NCBI GenBank assembly: GCA_012295275.1
Contig: CM022667.1
Span: forward strand, 18,786,001 to 18,850,000
Length of the DNA stretch: 64,000 nucleotides
Direction of reading: 5' to 3'
Source of the DNA: Chrysomallon squamiferum
Taxonomy: Eukaryota > Animalia > Mollusca
Shown: one piece after another, positions 31,501 through 45,325 of the stretch
Layout: the number at the start of each line of letters is the position of its first letter
How positions within the stretch are numbered: position 1 is the first letter of the stretch
Made by a program: the position numbers and the translations under genes
Notes under the pieces: generated by a model
Told to the model about the DNA's origin: nothing
The model's database searches: none
Seen by the model: the letters and a program-made list of their open reading frames with translations, nothing else

Positions 31501-34500
31501 ATATTTGTTTTCATTACTGACAGAACACAACAGTGATCTATCTGAAGAGTCATTTTGAGTATATCCGAGGTAACAACAGAAAGGCAATCAAAATGCTTGG
31601 AACAGCTCCTCAGTCTCAACAGTTTACTGAACAAGGAGAGTTTCTTCCCCTGATGTACTTTAACAATCTTGGCTGTATTCACTTTCACATGCGTAAACCT
31701 CATCTTGGTGCATTTTACTTCCGCAAAGCTGTGCAGGAAAATGAAAATGCATTGAAGGAAGCTGGGACAGGTATAATTTAGTATTTCTTTATACATTTTT
31801 CTAAAATTTGATTCACTTATAAACTACAGTTAGATATACAGTATAATCTTAACAATAAGTTTATATGTGACTCAAGATGGCAAATTGAGTCTGCTGTCAC
31901 ACATGTTGAATTCTCCTAAAACACAAATAGGAGTTGGGCACTAAATACATCAATTCAGTTTTAGGCTGTTTTGAATCTTATCTAATTTGACTTGAGATTA
32001 TTTAATTTACAGTAGTTACAATATTACATTGTCTAATACATGTAATTACTAACCCTCTACTATTAACAATCGTCATTAATTAACTGAGCCAAACAAAGAA
32101 AAGCTGATTTTGATGAAAAACCTAGAAGTAACGGATATTAATGTAAGCATTTAAAAAAAATAAACAAGCCAAACCATAAGTCATGTAATTTTTCACAAAA
32201 CATGCTTTAGTAGTAATTCAACAAGTAATTTTAATGTAACAGTTATTTATAACTGTTACATTAGAGAATAACAAAGATGATTTCTTTTGTTATTCTGATG
32301 AAACCGGTGATAGTGATGACGACATTGTTCCTGATCTGGTGGTGGTTGATGGCATACTTGATGTATTAGAAACTTTAAATGTGATAACAGTTTTTGCTGA
32401 AACAGATGAGGAAATGGAGAAAATACAGATGTACACATACAAAAACTGCAAAATAAATGATGGAAAATCATATTATGAGAACTGTGACAAAAATTCTGTT
32501 TATGTTTTGCATATGTGTATGGCTTCATTACCACATTATGAAAAGCAGTTCTTTCTTCTGGGAAAAAAAATAAGTTCCTTTCTGAAAATAAAATTTTAGT
32601 TAATTTATGAAATATGAAGATAAAAATAATGCATTTTAGATGAAAAAAAATGCTATTAACTTGATCCTTATTATTGATAATTAATCATGAAATCCTTAAA
32701 GATCATTTTCTAAAAGTGTTTTTTATTTATTTTATTATTTTTTCACTAATTGATCATTCAGGTTTTAGTTAATCAGATGTTAATGGCTGAAAAGGTGTTA
32801 TTTTCATGTATGTGCATTTTTTAAATCTATATTGTGGCTAAACAAAAAATATTACACCTAGGAAACTTTTATATGTTTTAGTTAACATGTGGGAGATTAA
32901 ATTTCAATAAAGATCATCTCAAGGTCACGTGATCCACACAGTCAATTTCAAGATCATAGCAAAGGTCAAAAGGTCAAGGTACTCCAATATTTTCCAAACT
33001 GAACAAAAATGGCAGATTTGGAATCCTTGTCATTTTGCCTTTCTAACAATACCAATTTTATGAAGATTGGCCCAGTAGCTCCTGAGATATGAGGGTTCTA
33101 TGGTTGGTGGTCACACCCATTTTTGCCAAAAATCTCAAAATTCGGTGGGCCATATCTCCCACACCACTGGTCTGATTGGGCTAAAATTTCAGATTTATAA
33201 AAATCTGAGATGGTCGGGTTTAAATTTTTTGTTTTTTTGGGTGATTTGACATGGAATGACCCCTATTTATTGTAAAAAAGTGATGTTGAAAACATGTGTG
33301 CCTGGAATACTCTTGATGCAGAAGTCCATGATAGCCTCATTGGGTCTGTGTAGGGATGCTGCAAACTGGCCTTTGTCAGCAACCTCTTCACCATCTCCTC
33401 ACAATTCCATCACAGGCACTTTTGCCATGGCTTGTTGCAAAAAAGTTCCATTCACCTTCCAACCCAAAGTGCTCTTCATGATGGTGCAGGTTAACAAATT
33501 TGCTCTTATTTTTATGTGGTCCAGCACAGCCATTAGTGTCACAAAATAGCACAGTGAACTGAATTGCTCTTGAGACAGTTTTATCTCAGGCATAATCACT
33601 GTATTACTTTAAAATATAGCAGTCATAGTACTAGTAAATGTACCACTATTCTTATATTAGTCATAATAGTAGTTGAAGTAACAATAGTAAAAGTTGTAGT
33701 TGTAAAGTATCAATATTGTAATACCTGTAGAAGTATTTGTATTCAAGTACTAGTACTAGTATTATTATTACTACTGCCAATAATAATAACCATAATGATA
33801 ATTAAAGCAGTATTAATGCTATAAGTAGTAGTAAAAATTGTGTAAGTAGTCTCATAGATGTAGTAGTAGTAGTAGTAGTGGCAATAGGTAGTAGGAAATA
33901 TAACAGTAATGTAGAGGGAGTGTTAGAATAAGTGGTAGGATTAATTATAGAAGAAGTAGTGTCAGTAGAAGAAGTAGCAAAATAAGAAAAAGATATTGTA
34001 GTAGTTGATAAAATGGTAAAGCTAGTAGTAGAAGTAGTAACAGTATTTGTGATAATAAAAGTAGCAATAGTGGCAATGATGATGACAGTAGTAGTAGTTC
34101 TAATAATAAAAGTAGTAATATCACCACTAGTAACGGTATTAATGGTGGCAGGTAATAACAGGAGCCTAATGGGAGTTACGATAGTAATAGCAGTTCCAGA
34201 ACTAACTACTAGTACCAAACGATGTAATATTAGTAGAAATAGATTAGTAGACGAATTAGTAGTAGAAGCTTCTAATTGCCATGTGCTCAAAGGGGATTTT
34301 ACCAGGGGATTTCAAAGAGTTCCTGACATACCTTTGATGCTGTGGGATCCCAATTAACAAGTATACCAAGTTTCATAAAAATCTGAGATGGTCAGGTTTA
34401 AGAATTATTTTTGTTGGGTGATTTGATACTGAATGACCCTTTTCTATATTTCTGTAAAATGTATTTAGAGCAGAGTGTAGAATTTGGTTATTTTGTACTT

Positions 34501-37500
34501 ACACTGTTTCAATAAAGCTATAAGAATTTTCTCCTTGATGAAATTTATTCTACTTATAATAATTATGGGAAGTACTGGGCTCAGGTTTGATGTTGTTAAT
34601 AATCTTTGTTTCAAAAATGTTTTCAGGTCATTGTATAGTTAAAAATACATTCATTTTGGGGCCTTTTGAGAACACTTATTCCATATATCATACGTATATA
34701 ACCAATGATAGGCCTTTGTTGGATGTATTAAAAACAACCCAGTGCAAACAAAGAACAACATAGAGCTACACTGCGAGAACTGTTCTGATCAAAATATGAA
34801 TGACACTGTTTTGTGGTATTTACTTTGGCATGTGCATCAGTTCCTTGACAAGTCAATTTTTTAATTACTGCCAAAACATTTGCATCTGATTGGTCTTTGA
34901 GCTGGTAAAACATAATTCCAAAAGAAACGTGGTTTCGTGTGTAGATGATATTGTCAGTGCTGTTCACACTAATACAACCACTGTTGTTAGCTAACAATGC
35001 TAACAGTGACCAAAATGTTGGTCTGGAGAATGGAAAAGTATTAGTACCAAAATAGACTGGCAGGTATTCTTAAAGTCTTGCTTAAAACCATTGCCAGGCA
35101 TCAAGAAAAATCAACATTTTCAGTAACTTTACAGTTGGTAGGTAGTTAGTTTTTATTTTCAGTGAAAGAAATTAAAATAGACACATTGCATTATAAAGGA
35201 CAAACTATAATTGTGTTACAACCAAAAAATAAAATGCTGATGTTATGATTGCATTTCCCTTCTTAACTTACAAATAAATTTTAAACTTAAAAAATCTGCA
35301 TTTCCTTCAAATTAATTATTAAAATAGGACATAAGTGTTTAATAGATTTCATTTTATTCCCGTAACATCTAAATAAATGTCTGCAAATTCTTACAATTAA
35401 TTATTAATTTTTACAGTTATTAAAATTACAAGTAGGAAAAACATTTTTAACATTTTCAAAATTAAAAAAAAAATTTACAGCAACCCAAAAACAATAAATA
35501 AATAAAAATCAAATCAGAAAAAAATTAGATTTTTTAAATTATTATTATTAACATTATTGTTTTTAAAAAAATTTTCACAAAATTATTTAACAGTAATAAA
35601 AATGTGTTTTTGTTTCTTCTTTATGATTAACTGATTTCAGAATGGAAAAAACTGAATTAAGACTATTTTTTTATTTTTTTTTATTCTATCTTTTATTTCA
35701 GTCTAGCAAGATCTAAATCTACAATTTGTTGAAAGTATTTATAATATGTAATTGTTAATAAAAATTTCTACAGCTGATTTTGATTTATGCAGTATTTATG
35801 TGCATAGTGAAATGTGGATTTCAACAGTAACAACATTACAAATAAAAGAATAAATAATTTAATTTTCACCTTTTTTTGTTGAAATGATTTATATTTGTTC
35901 ACTTCTTTATGGTATGAAATTTGGCTACTTTCTGATTAAAATACTCAAGTGACCCAGTTTCTTTGAAGTCAGTTTTCTTCAAGAAGACTATATGATCTAG
36001 CCACATTTGGAACACTATATCTTCATCAGTTTTGGAGATATCTTAGTAATTTTAAACTGAAAGTTCCTTGTACTAACAATATCTTAAAAAGTCATTAGTT
36101 TTATTTTGGTACTAGTGACCCATTTTGTTGTCATGCTCACATATTGGTAAGTTATAATTATTAAAGTTGTATAGAGACACTTTAAAGACTATTTATCAGG
36201 GATAGAAAATTAATCTATGTGCTGTAGAAGTAAATTAAAAAATGAAGTAATATCCATTTGTTTATAATTCTTTTCAGATCAACCCCTTAATAAACAGAGT
36301 GTGAGTCGTCATTATGAACTGTTGTACAACATGGGTATTCAGTTACTGCATTGTGATAAACCACTAGCAGCATTTGACTGTCTCATTGAGGTGGTACAGG
36401 TCTACCAAACCAATCCTAGGATCTGGCTGCGACTTGCAGAATGCTGTATTCAGGCAAACAAAGTAGTGAGTAATTTTTGAGTTAAGAATGCAATGAAATA
36501 ATAACTTAAGGTGATCAGTCTTTATTTGAAAACTGTAAATATTTGTTTACTTTTATACAGGTGGTTGATTTTTTTTAATTTTTTTTTTTGTAATTGTTAT
36601 CTATGGTTGTTTAATTTCAGGAAAAATGTATTTTCTTATCTAATTTTCTATTTATTTATATTACATTATTTCTGTTTTGTTATTGTTATTATAATTTAAA
36701 GGCTTATGGTTTAACTGAAAAAAGGTGCATTATATATAAAAATTTATCTATTTCAGAACAATGATGATGATCGTACATTAGAGAAACGGATGGAGGTGAT
36801 CAAAGGGTCAGTTGGAAGTGGTTTCCACCGTAAGCTGATAATTGGCACTGGAATTAATTCTAAAGATGTCAGGTTTGTGATTAATTATTAGTAAGTATCA
36901 AGTACATAATAATTATATAGGATATTGACAGTTAACATGCTGGAAGTATACTTTGAATACTATGGGATAGGTTCACAAGCTGTATTTAAATCTTATATCG
37001 GTCGATTTCATTGGCCGATTGGATTTTTTATTATTTTTTTTTAGACAGTTTAACATAACCATATGATGTTGAATATTCTAACTTATATTAAATAAACCTT
37101 TTTACATTAAGCTACAATCATCCTGCCATTCCACAAGCCTCTCTAGAATTTGCATCACTCTGTTTACGTAATGCCATGCTACAGCTTCCTGAAGATCCTC
37201 TGGATGTTGAGAAATCTATCACAGATGAGTCTAGCAATGGAATGTAAGTGTATGCATTTTACAAATATTATAAATGGTATTCTTCACCATGTTTTTAAAC
37301 CAATGAAACAGAATTAAAAATACGTAGATAGTCACTGATTCGTGATTGGTTAATATTGAATTTTCCTCCTTTTTTTCAGCTAATGCAGTATATATAAGAA
37401 AAGACGATAACTATAATGTTAAATGCATTCAAATATTTTCTTTCACTCCTAATTCTTATTTATATAAATGTAAATTGTTATATTGAAATATTTATTTATT

Positions 37501-40336
37501 ACTACTTCCTTTCATTTGTGCCTGTCTTTATTTCAGAAAGCCTGTATCTGAACCGTCCACAGTTGTTGCACCACCTGGCAATCCAATGAGACAAATTGAA
37601 CTGGCTCATTTGCGCTGTTCCATCTTGGCAGCAAGTGCTTATGTGGCTCTGAATCTCAAAAACCATTTAATGGCTTTACATTATGCCGAGGACCTACTCA
37701 GACAACCAAAGCTGTCAGGTGCACAGAAGTAAGTTCAGTATCTCTTCAGTCAATTATTTTCACATTATATTGGCTGGAGTCAGTCAGAATGACCAGTGAT
37801 GAAAATAGGGCATTTCATTTTTAGTTTCCAGTTTATTCCAGTTACTAGTATGGCGTCAGAGTGCATTTAGCAAAGCATTACAAAAATTAGAGAGGGGAAT
37901 AAAATCTTTGATCTTTTGGTTATGGTTCAGTCTTCTGACATGCATTTCATGCAGGGTGTACAGCTTTGTGTTTTGCCTGTTTTTTGGCCACATGATACTC
38001 ACACAAATGAAAGTCACACAATGGTTTACTTAGCCAGTGTCTTTGTACCTTTTGTATGCTGCAAGCAGGATTGGCATAAAATGAATTCCTGCTGTTATGG
38101 TGTACACTGAAACATGATAAAGTCTTTATGGAGATATCAAAACAGGACACCCATGACTGGCCAAGAGTGACGTCACATCAACAATATAACCATATTCAAT
38201 TGGTTCATTTATGAAATTGGTTCCAAACTGCCAGTTTAACATGATGGCAACAGCATGTAAGGTTCACACTACTGAGATAATATCATTCTACCTTCCATCC
38301 TACCCTTTGCCCAGTTGGAACAAACTTTGATTATCTTATGATATGGAACTCCATCCCACAAGTCTTTTTCAACCATCTAGTTTTGTCTATGCAGTGCCAT
38401 TGTCAAGCCTGTATCAACACTAATGGTTGTCACGTACCATATTAACACTGACACAGTGCCTAGCATTAACATGTAATGTTTACATTTTCAGTGAATAAAC
38501 AGAACATGAACTCACCTTGTTATTTTCTAAACACACACACACACACACAGCTCTGTTCATGATGGACAGTTACTTTCTTCCTTCAATATATATCACTGTC
38601 ATATATTTTTTAATTTCAGAATGGTGTACCCCTGTGACAGTCAATGTTTTAAGATTCTCTTCAAATCAGTTAAGCAATAATAAAATAGCTCAGCTAATAG
38701 TTTACTGGCTACTTCTTTCCAACCTTATCTGCACAGACTGTAGTTCTTTGATAAACAGTTAACATGTTTTGTTGAAATAATAATAATAATAATAATAAAT
38801 GTTATTTACAGATACATTGCCCATCTGTATATCGCTGAAGCACTTGTAGAATTGGATTGTATTGCTGATGCTATCACTCACCTGAATCCAGAGTCAGTAA
38901 CTGACATCAACACTTGTCCTCCAGAAACTAAATCAGAACAAGGTACATTCCACCTGATTATCAGTATGTAAGAATAAATGTTTAATTAATTTTATCAGAA
39001 TTATTTACATAAATAAAAATTTAAAGAATTATAAAAATAAGAAAAAACATAGAATTTAAAATACTGTCATTCTACCTCTAAACTGACCTTTAGTTCAGTT
39101 AGCATTGCCAAGATTTAAAACATTATTATTTTTATTGATTTCTTACTTACATGTAATTAATTTTAGAAACTGCATTTTTGAAAAATTAGGTATTTTTATT
39201 TGAGTTAGTCATGATAATGAACAGTCAATATTTTTTTAAACAGTTGGCATGTACAAATATTTTAATTTATTTTACTTAAGATAAAAGTGACAAAGCAGAC
39301 AAAGGAGAAAAGGATCTTTTGGCAGAAAGTACAGAAACTAAAAGTAAGTTAGTTTATTATTATCATAATATGCAAGTAGATAATATGCAAATACTTTTGA
39401 TTTAATGTTTAACAAAATAATCCATATATTCAAGAAAATAGAAAAGTTCAATAATGTCATAAATTTTATAAACAAAATAATTTTCATTCATTTACAATTT
39501 ACTCCACATTTACTGTTGACATTTTTAAATGTGATAATTTAGGAGATTTTCATTTTTGTTTTGCATAACAGGTTCCCTACATTGGTGGACACCCAAAGAT
39601 TTATCTCGAGCAAAAGCTATAATGCAGTACAATCTAGCCACTGCTCATGCTATGAGGGGAGAATATGACAAAGCAATGTCTAATTTAACTGAGGTCAAAA
39701 TTGATTTGTGGTCTTGAACATGTTTACAAAGTGTACACAATCAGATATTTATCTAATAATATCAATTTCATTTTATCTTAGCTTATTATAAACAACAAAC
39801 CAAAAACTTGGAAGTTTATAAAATATATATTTAATATGCTTTCATTGTGTCTATGCATTCATTGTACAATAATTTAAACAAGAATAAAAACTTTTTTATT
39901 TCATTTATATGCCACAAATAACCAGCAAAGTCTCATTCAGTGTTTTCATTACAGTGCTAAAAAAGAGTTAAAATAAAATGAACTAAAGGTCTATATATTT
40001 GCACTGACATTAAAAAGCAGTGAGATTTAACTCAATGCTTTCATCCACCAGTGTGATTTTGATTGTGTGTATGTGTATAATCTATGAATGAGTGGGTGTG
40101 CCTATGTGTATTTTGTGTTACTTTATTTTTTTTATATATATAAATTATTGTTAATTTGTATTGAAATTGTAATATTTATTGTTATTGTTTTTCAGAGTTC
40201 GAGAAATATTGGGACTCCACTTCCAGCTCAGATGTATTTTTTAAAGCTATATCTGGATCTGATGGAGGGTCGAAGAGAAATGGTGCAGCGTGTTATCAAA
40301 GATCACTTTGGTCATGTCACCCCAAATAGAGTGTAA
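28574..40336 (+). CDS. CNOT10: CCR4-NOT transcription complex subunit 10, 14 coding exons, ~687 aa
   Basis: Exons 28574-28849, 29182-29323, 29581-29642, 29931-30098, 30415-30498, 31524-31770, 36278-36465, 36757-36872, 37112-37243, 37537-37728, 38812-38942, 39281-39343, 39572-39693, 40196-40336; phase-consistent (2064 nt). Motifs [43 protein letters not shown]...AAFDCLIE...[13 protein letters not shown] and [12 protein letters not shown] match CNOT10. An acceptor at 28566 implies an upstream non-coding exon, possibly near 27700-27810. Confidence 0.95.
30506..31105 (+). mobile_element. Tigger/pogo-family non-autonomous DNA transposon (600 bp) in a CNOT10 intron
   Basis: TA-flanked on both sides (30504-05, 31106-07). 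TIRs CAGTGGTACCTTTACTTACGAGTTT versus, on the reverse strand, CAGTGGTACCTTGAGTTACAAGTTT. Internal remnant [27 protein letters not shown] resembles the CENP-B/Tigger N-terminal HTH. Confidence 0.9.
32750..34440 (-). mobile_element. Rearranged/nested copies of the Sola2-like DNA transposon in the long CNOT10 intron
   Basis: 32750-33262 is a ~500-bp terminal sequence, largely reverse-complementary to 41165-41595, ending ...GGAATGACCC. 33263-33600 is a minus-strand transposase fragment ([10 protein letters not shown]-type region, homologous to ~42380-42680). A second terminus in the same orientation ends ...GAATGACCC at ~34439. Confidence 0.7.
33610..34275. repeat. Degenerate (AGT/AAT)n low-complexity tract inside the transposon remnant
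   Basis: Dense agtagt/aatagt triplets; source of the Thr/Val/Leu-rich spurious ORFs. Confidence 0.85.
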
Positions 40337-41164
40337 CAATATCAAAGACAGAACTGGAATGGATTGAATTTTGAATAATTTACTGCATTATTTTAATTGA
40401 TGATAAGATTATGAAATCATAACCATAGTTAATTTTCAGTTCAAATACCATATTTTCTTTAATGGTGTTTTAATTTTTGATAGCTATTTCAGAACAATGT
40501 TATGTTTTTTTTCTATAACATTAATTGTCTCTTCTTTTCCAGTAACTCTCTAATAAAACCAGAAGTGTCACAGTAATCTGTTAAGTTAAATAAAGAAATC
40601 TATATATAAATTATTTTATTTACTATTATTAAATTTTTTGTTTTATATGTGTATAGAGTAAAAAAAAAAAAAAAAACGGAAATAAAAACATTAATTTGTG
40701 GAGACCATAATTAATACTGCAACAAACTAATGATTGTCTATTATTCAACATCTTTCCTGCCTACAGTTATTTTAATAACAACAAAATTATTTCTGTGATC
40801 TTTTATCTACATCCTGTCTACTAGCCTGATTGCTTATAGCTACACAGTCACTTCAACAGTAATAATGCATTGAGAACAAACAAAACATAGGTGTCGTTAT
40901 AATCACATAAACAAAAAAACAAACATTGCTCAAAGTCCGTGTCAGCCATAGTCATGTTCTCTGCTATGTGAACTATCAACTCCTAAGTGAAACTATGGAC
41001 CAAGGTAGAGAAAAAAGTGTAATAATGTTTATTGATTTGTATAAAGGTTTATTTCATTACACATTGTCCGCGGTTATTAATGCTTTATTTTAATACAGGA
41101 TAAATCTAGTAATAAATGACATATGCTTTAATACAGGAATTTCAGTGGAATTTCCACAAAAAAA

Positions 41165-43470
41165 ATTTTGAACCTGACTGTCTCAGAATTTTATGAAACT
41201 TCTTACAGTTGTTGACAGCACCAAATTTTAGGCCAGTCGAACCAATAGTGTGTAAGATATGGCCACCCCCACCAAATTTTGAGATTTTTGGCAAAAATGG
41301 GTGTGAACACAAACCTTTGAACCCTCATATCTCAGGAACTACTGGGCCAATCTTCATAAAATTGGTATTGTTGAAAAGGCAATATGACAAGGATTCCAAA
41401 TCTGCCATTATTGTTTAGTTTGAAGAATGTTGGGGTACACTGACCTTTTGACCTTTGTTATGACCTTGAAATTGACCTTGAGATGACCTTTATTGAAATT
41501 TAATCTCCCACATGTTAACTAAAACATAAAAGTTTCCTGGGTGTAATATTTTTTGTTTAGCCATAATATAGATTTACAAAATGCATACCTGCATGGATGA
41601 TTGATACAATGCATTAGAATGTATATTTTCTGCATGTATACACTTCTGTGAGACCCAAACTCATCTTTGGAGTTAAAACCCACCTGATATGTCTGAAGGA
41701 TGTGAAAAGATGCCAAATGGCATGACATGTTCTACACAATCAGGCTCAAAGGGTTAACAGGAAGTGATGCTTCAGGCAGGTCAGGAACTCCTTGAAATTG
41801 AGCACAAGACAATTAGAAATTTAAGACAAAGAAGTTTGTTCAACTGCATTTCTTTGACAATCTGAAGCTTTAAAGTTGGACACAATGTAAGCATTAGGTT
41901 TTCTTCATAAAACCTATTAAGCCATTTTATCATGTCATGTGGCCTTGCCAATGGTTTTGAACAAGGTTTCAGTCAATTACAGTACAACCCATTCTGAAAT
42001 CAGACTTCATCAAGTGATGAATTGCATAATGTATTTGTACACCCAGTCTTTGGCACAGAGTATGAACAAGGTCTACCTTCACCTTGTTCAGTTGAAAGTG
42101 AAAAATGCATGATGGATTACTGCAAGGATTGTTCTGGTCGGGAGGGTCTGATTGGTTATCTGAATAACTGTGATGAGCTTTACGACCTTGAGGATGTTAG
42201 TTACCTTCAGTGGGTCAGTATTTACAGAACTAAGTTAGTCACTATAACAGAGAAAATTTCTCGTACATGGGTCAGGATAAGATGAAACCCTCAAACACCG
42301 TAACATTTGTGTAGTGAGTGACACTAGGAAGCACACATCTGTAAATGTGTTTGCTTTTTTGTGTGTTGTTCCATACCTTCAGACTGAGTTTCCTCATGTG
42401 AAAAAGATTCATTATTTCACTGATGGCTGTCCCGGAACATATAAAAACAAGAACAATTTTGTTAACTGTGCCATCATGAAGATTGGGTTGGACGGTGAAT
42501 GGAACTTTTTTGCAACAAGCCATGGCAAAAATGCCTGTGATGGAATTGGGGGTAATGGGAATAGGTTGCTGACAAAGGCCAGTTTGCAGCGTCCCTACAC
42601 AGACCCAGTCCTGACCAGTGAGGGTATCACAGATTTCTGCATCAAGAATATTCTAGGCATTCACTTCTTCAGCATCGCACCAGACCACATAGCAAAGCAT
42701 GAGTTGGCCAAAACGGCCAAGAGAACACAGCAGTTTCACCGGTTAGTTCCATTATCTAAATCAAAGATGCATGGCTATAAGCTGAGCCTGCAGAGTGACC
42801 CACCAGAACTAGTATCTGTCCAGGATTCTGAGGATGATATGATAGAGTTACCACAGGAGCCTTCAATTGAAGCCAAGAAGCAAAACTATATTTGTTGTCT
42901 CTGTGACAACGAGGCATGGGTTGGGCAAGTTGGGAACATTTCAGAAGAGCATGGTGACTTCTTCATTCGTTTCATGCACCCTCACAGACTTAGTTATTTC
43001 ACTGGCCAAACAAAGAAGACACGTTGGCTTAGTGAAAGGGACATATTCTGTTTCACTGTTACACCTGCTATTGCATCTTCTCGACGGATGTACTCTCTGA
43101 GTAAAAATGATAATGCTAGAATTGCAAGATTATGAGGGAAGTGGGTTACTGAATGATTCTGTGACTGCTGAACTGGTGAGAAGGCAATGAGGTAAGTAGT
43201 TTGATATCATACAAGTAGGCCTACGATGTCTTACTCGGTGACCAAGAGAGATGGTGATCATTCAGGCTTTAGTTAATCAGATGTTAACGGCAGAAAAGGT
43301 GTTATTTTCATGGACATGCATTTTTTAAAATCTATATTGTGGGTAAACAAAAAATATTACACCCAGGAAACTTTTATATGTTTTCATTTGGTGCTGTTGG
43401 ATCCCAGCAACAAGTCTACCAAGTTTCATAGAAATCTGAGACGGTCGGGTGATTTGACACAGAATAACCC
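41165..43470 (+). mobile_element. DNA transposon with long TIRs and a decayed DDD-type transposase (Sola2-like)
   Basis: The left end 41165-41595 and right end ~43310-43470 are inverted repeats, the right copy internally deleted and ending ...GAATAACCC. ORFs 42022-42285 and 42314-43135 carry KIHYFTDGCPGTYKN and [18 protein letters not shown] motifs. The Sola2 assignment rests on recalled motif style, GGG termini and long TIRs. Confidence 0.7.
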
Positions 43471-43504
43471 TTAACATTTAAAAAGGAATACCAATGTGAC
43501 AGCT

Positions 43505-43947
43505 AGATAGATCACAGAAAAATGTACAAAAAAAATTAATAAATAAATAAATAAATAAATAAATAAATTAAAAAATATAAATCCACAAAATTTTTTTTAA
43601 AAAAATAAAAATAAAAATAAAACACTACAAAAAACCCCAATAACATTAAATATTATTAGTACACGTAAAAGCTATATAATACAGTCAAAAGAAGGGCAAT
43701 TTAAAAGTCGAGAGACTTCGTATTTTACGTGACGCTTTAGCCTCAACTAATTTCTTTGGCATTTCTGGCTGCCATACATTTCAGTGAATGCTAAGTGACG
43801 ACATTCTGACGATAAATTATACTAGAGAGATCACAGAACAAATTTAAAAAAAAAGAAAAAAAAGAGAGAAGCAAATAATAATAATAATAATAAAACCACA
43901 AAAAAACATTAAACATTATTAGTACATGTAAAAGCTATATAATACAG
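43505..43947. repeat. Dispersed direct repeat pair (A-rich, ~120-180 bp)
   Basis: TAGA(T/G)AGATCACAGAA...ACATTAAA(T/C)ATTATTAGTACA(C/T)GTAAAAGCTATATAATACAG at ~43505-43684 and ~43822-43947. Confidence 0.7.
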
Positions 43948-44289
43948 CAACATAATAATGTAAGAACTATATAGTCATAATAAGAATGTAGATAGGTCAT
44001 ACAGTTTATGCAAAAGAAAGGTTCGCTAGATTGGATGAAGTTTATTAGGTTACTATGGTTCTGGGTGTGATTGTAAATATATTCTTGCCGTGATGGAAAT
44101 GAACTGAGAGAAGTTTGCAGTGATCGCATAGTTGAACTGGTAATAACTTAACCGTACCTAGAGGTAATATTTCAAGTGGGAAATGACGGTAGGCGCAATT
44201 TATTTTCTTCCTGATTCGCGCCTCGCAAATAATGAAGTCGAAGATATGAAAAGCTTAAAACCTACTGAGCATAGTGATGCAAGCTTACT

Positions 44290-44694
44290 GAAATTTGATC
44301 TCTTTTGGCTCTAAAATGGGCAGTTGCAGTAAAGTTCCATGAGTACTACTTGGTTCTCAGTCTGTGGCATTCACGGTCAACAGCCCCACTACCTTATGTT
44401 AAAACTGCCAAACTTACTGTCACAGAAATGCGCAGGGTATCTCAGTTGGATCAGTTTGACTTCCTGTTGAAGTTTCAGTCAGGCAAAAGTAATGCCCAAG
44501 CCGATGCTTTCAGTAGTCAGTGTGACGTCAAAGGAGATCATAAATGGATTTCCAGTTCTAACAGTTCTCTCATTCCTAATGATCTGAAGGCCCGGAATCT
44601 TGAATCCGAATTGATTAAAGAATTGTGCAACAAGTATGGGATAAAGAAAAGCAGAACAACATCATACCAGTCACAGATGTTGATCAATAAGTAA
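44290..44694 (+). mobile_element. Gypsy/Ty3 LTR retrotransposon pol remnant (RNase H fused by deletion to an integrase fragment)
   Basis: LALKWAVAVKFHEY...TAKL...RRVSQLDQFDFLLKFQSGKSNAQADAFS (RNase H C-terminal part) followed by ELIKELCNKYGIKKSRTTSY (integrase core). Confidence 0.8.
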
Positions 44695-44930
44695 ACATGT
44701 TTTATAGAGGTGAAGTTCTGTCATTTGCACCATCAACATAAAGCATGCCGACTTCAACATAGAAATAATATTAACAGAAGATTTCTGATCCACTGTGCCC
44801 CCATCTCCCCTATCCTTTGCTTTTAATTAGTAAGAATAGAACTACCAAACTGCTTCATTATTATACAAGAAAACATTAATTTCATTCAAAGTGCTTTTAC
44901 AAAGACTTCTATTTAGTTCTGAAGTCTCCA

Positions 44931-44964
<34 letters not shown>

Positions 44965-45325
44965 TCTGAGCTAATGGTGAAGTGTCTTATATACATATAC
45001 ATTTTTGGTTGTTGTTGTTCTTTCTTTTCTTTTTTAATTTTAAAGTTAAATGATTGTATAAATCCCCTGAAAAGTTCATTTTTATAATTATATAAAATCA
45101 ACTTAACATCCCCTCCACTGAGGTGGGCTTTCATCATCTAATGGCAAATAGTCAACTACTAATAAACATAACCTGTTGTAATTCATTGTATAATACAGGT
45201 TAAAACTGTGACCAAAGCAATTCCGGATCTTTACAATAAAAACATTCCTGAAGATTTAGGTCAGATAAAAATAAAAAATATTTCCCATGCAAGACCCCTC
45301 AAAAATATCAAATCTTGTAATTGAG

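Noticed and set aside
32300-32560. Possible piggyBac-like Cys-rich C-terminal remnant; similar weak TE-like patches at ~34700-35100 and ~37860-38200
   Set aside because: Higher-complexity sequence, but no diagnostic motif or termini could be verified by eye.
33564-34357. Thr-, Val- and Leu-rich ORFs resembling mucin or membrane proteins
   Set aside because: Products of a degenerate trinucleotide tract within a transposon remnant in an intron.
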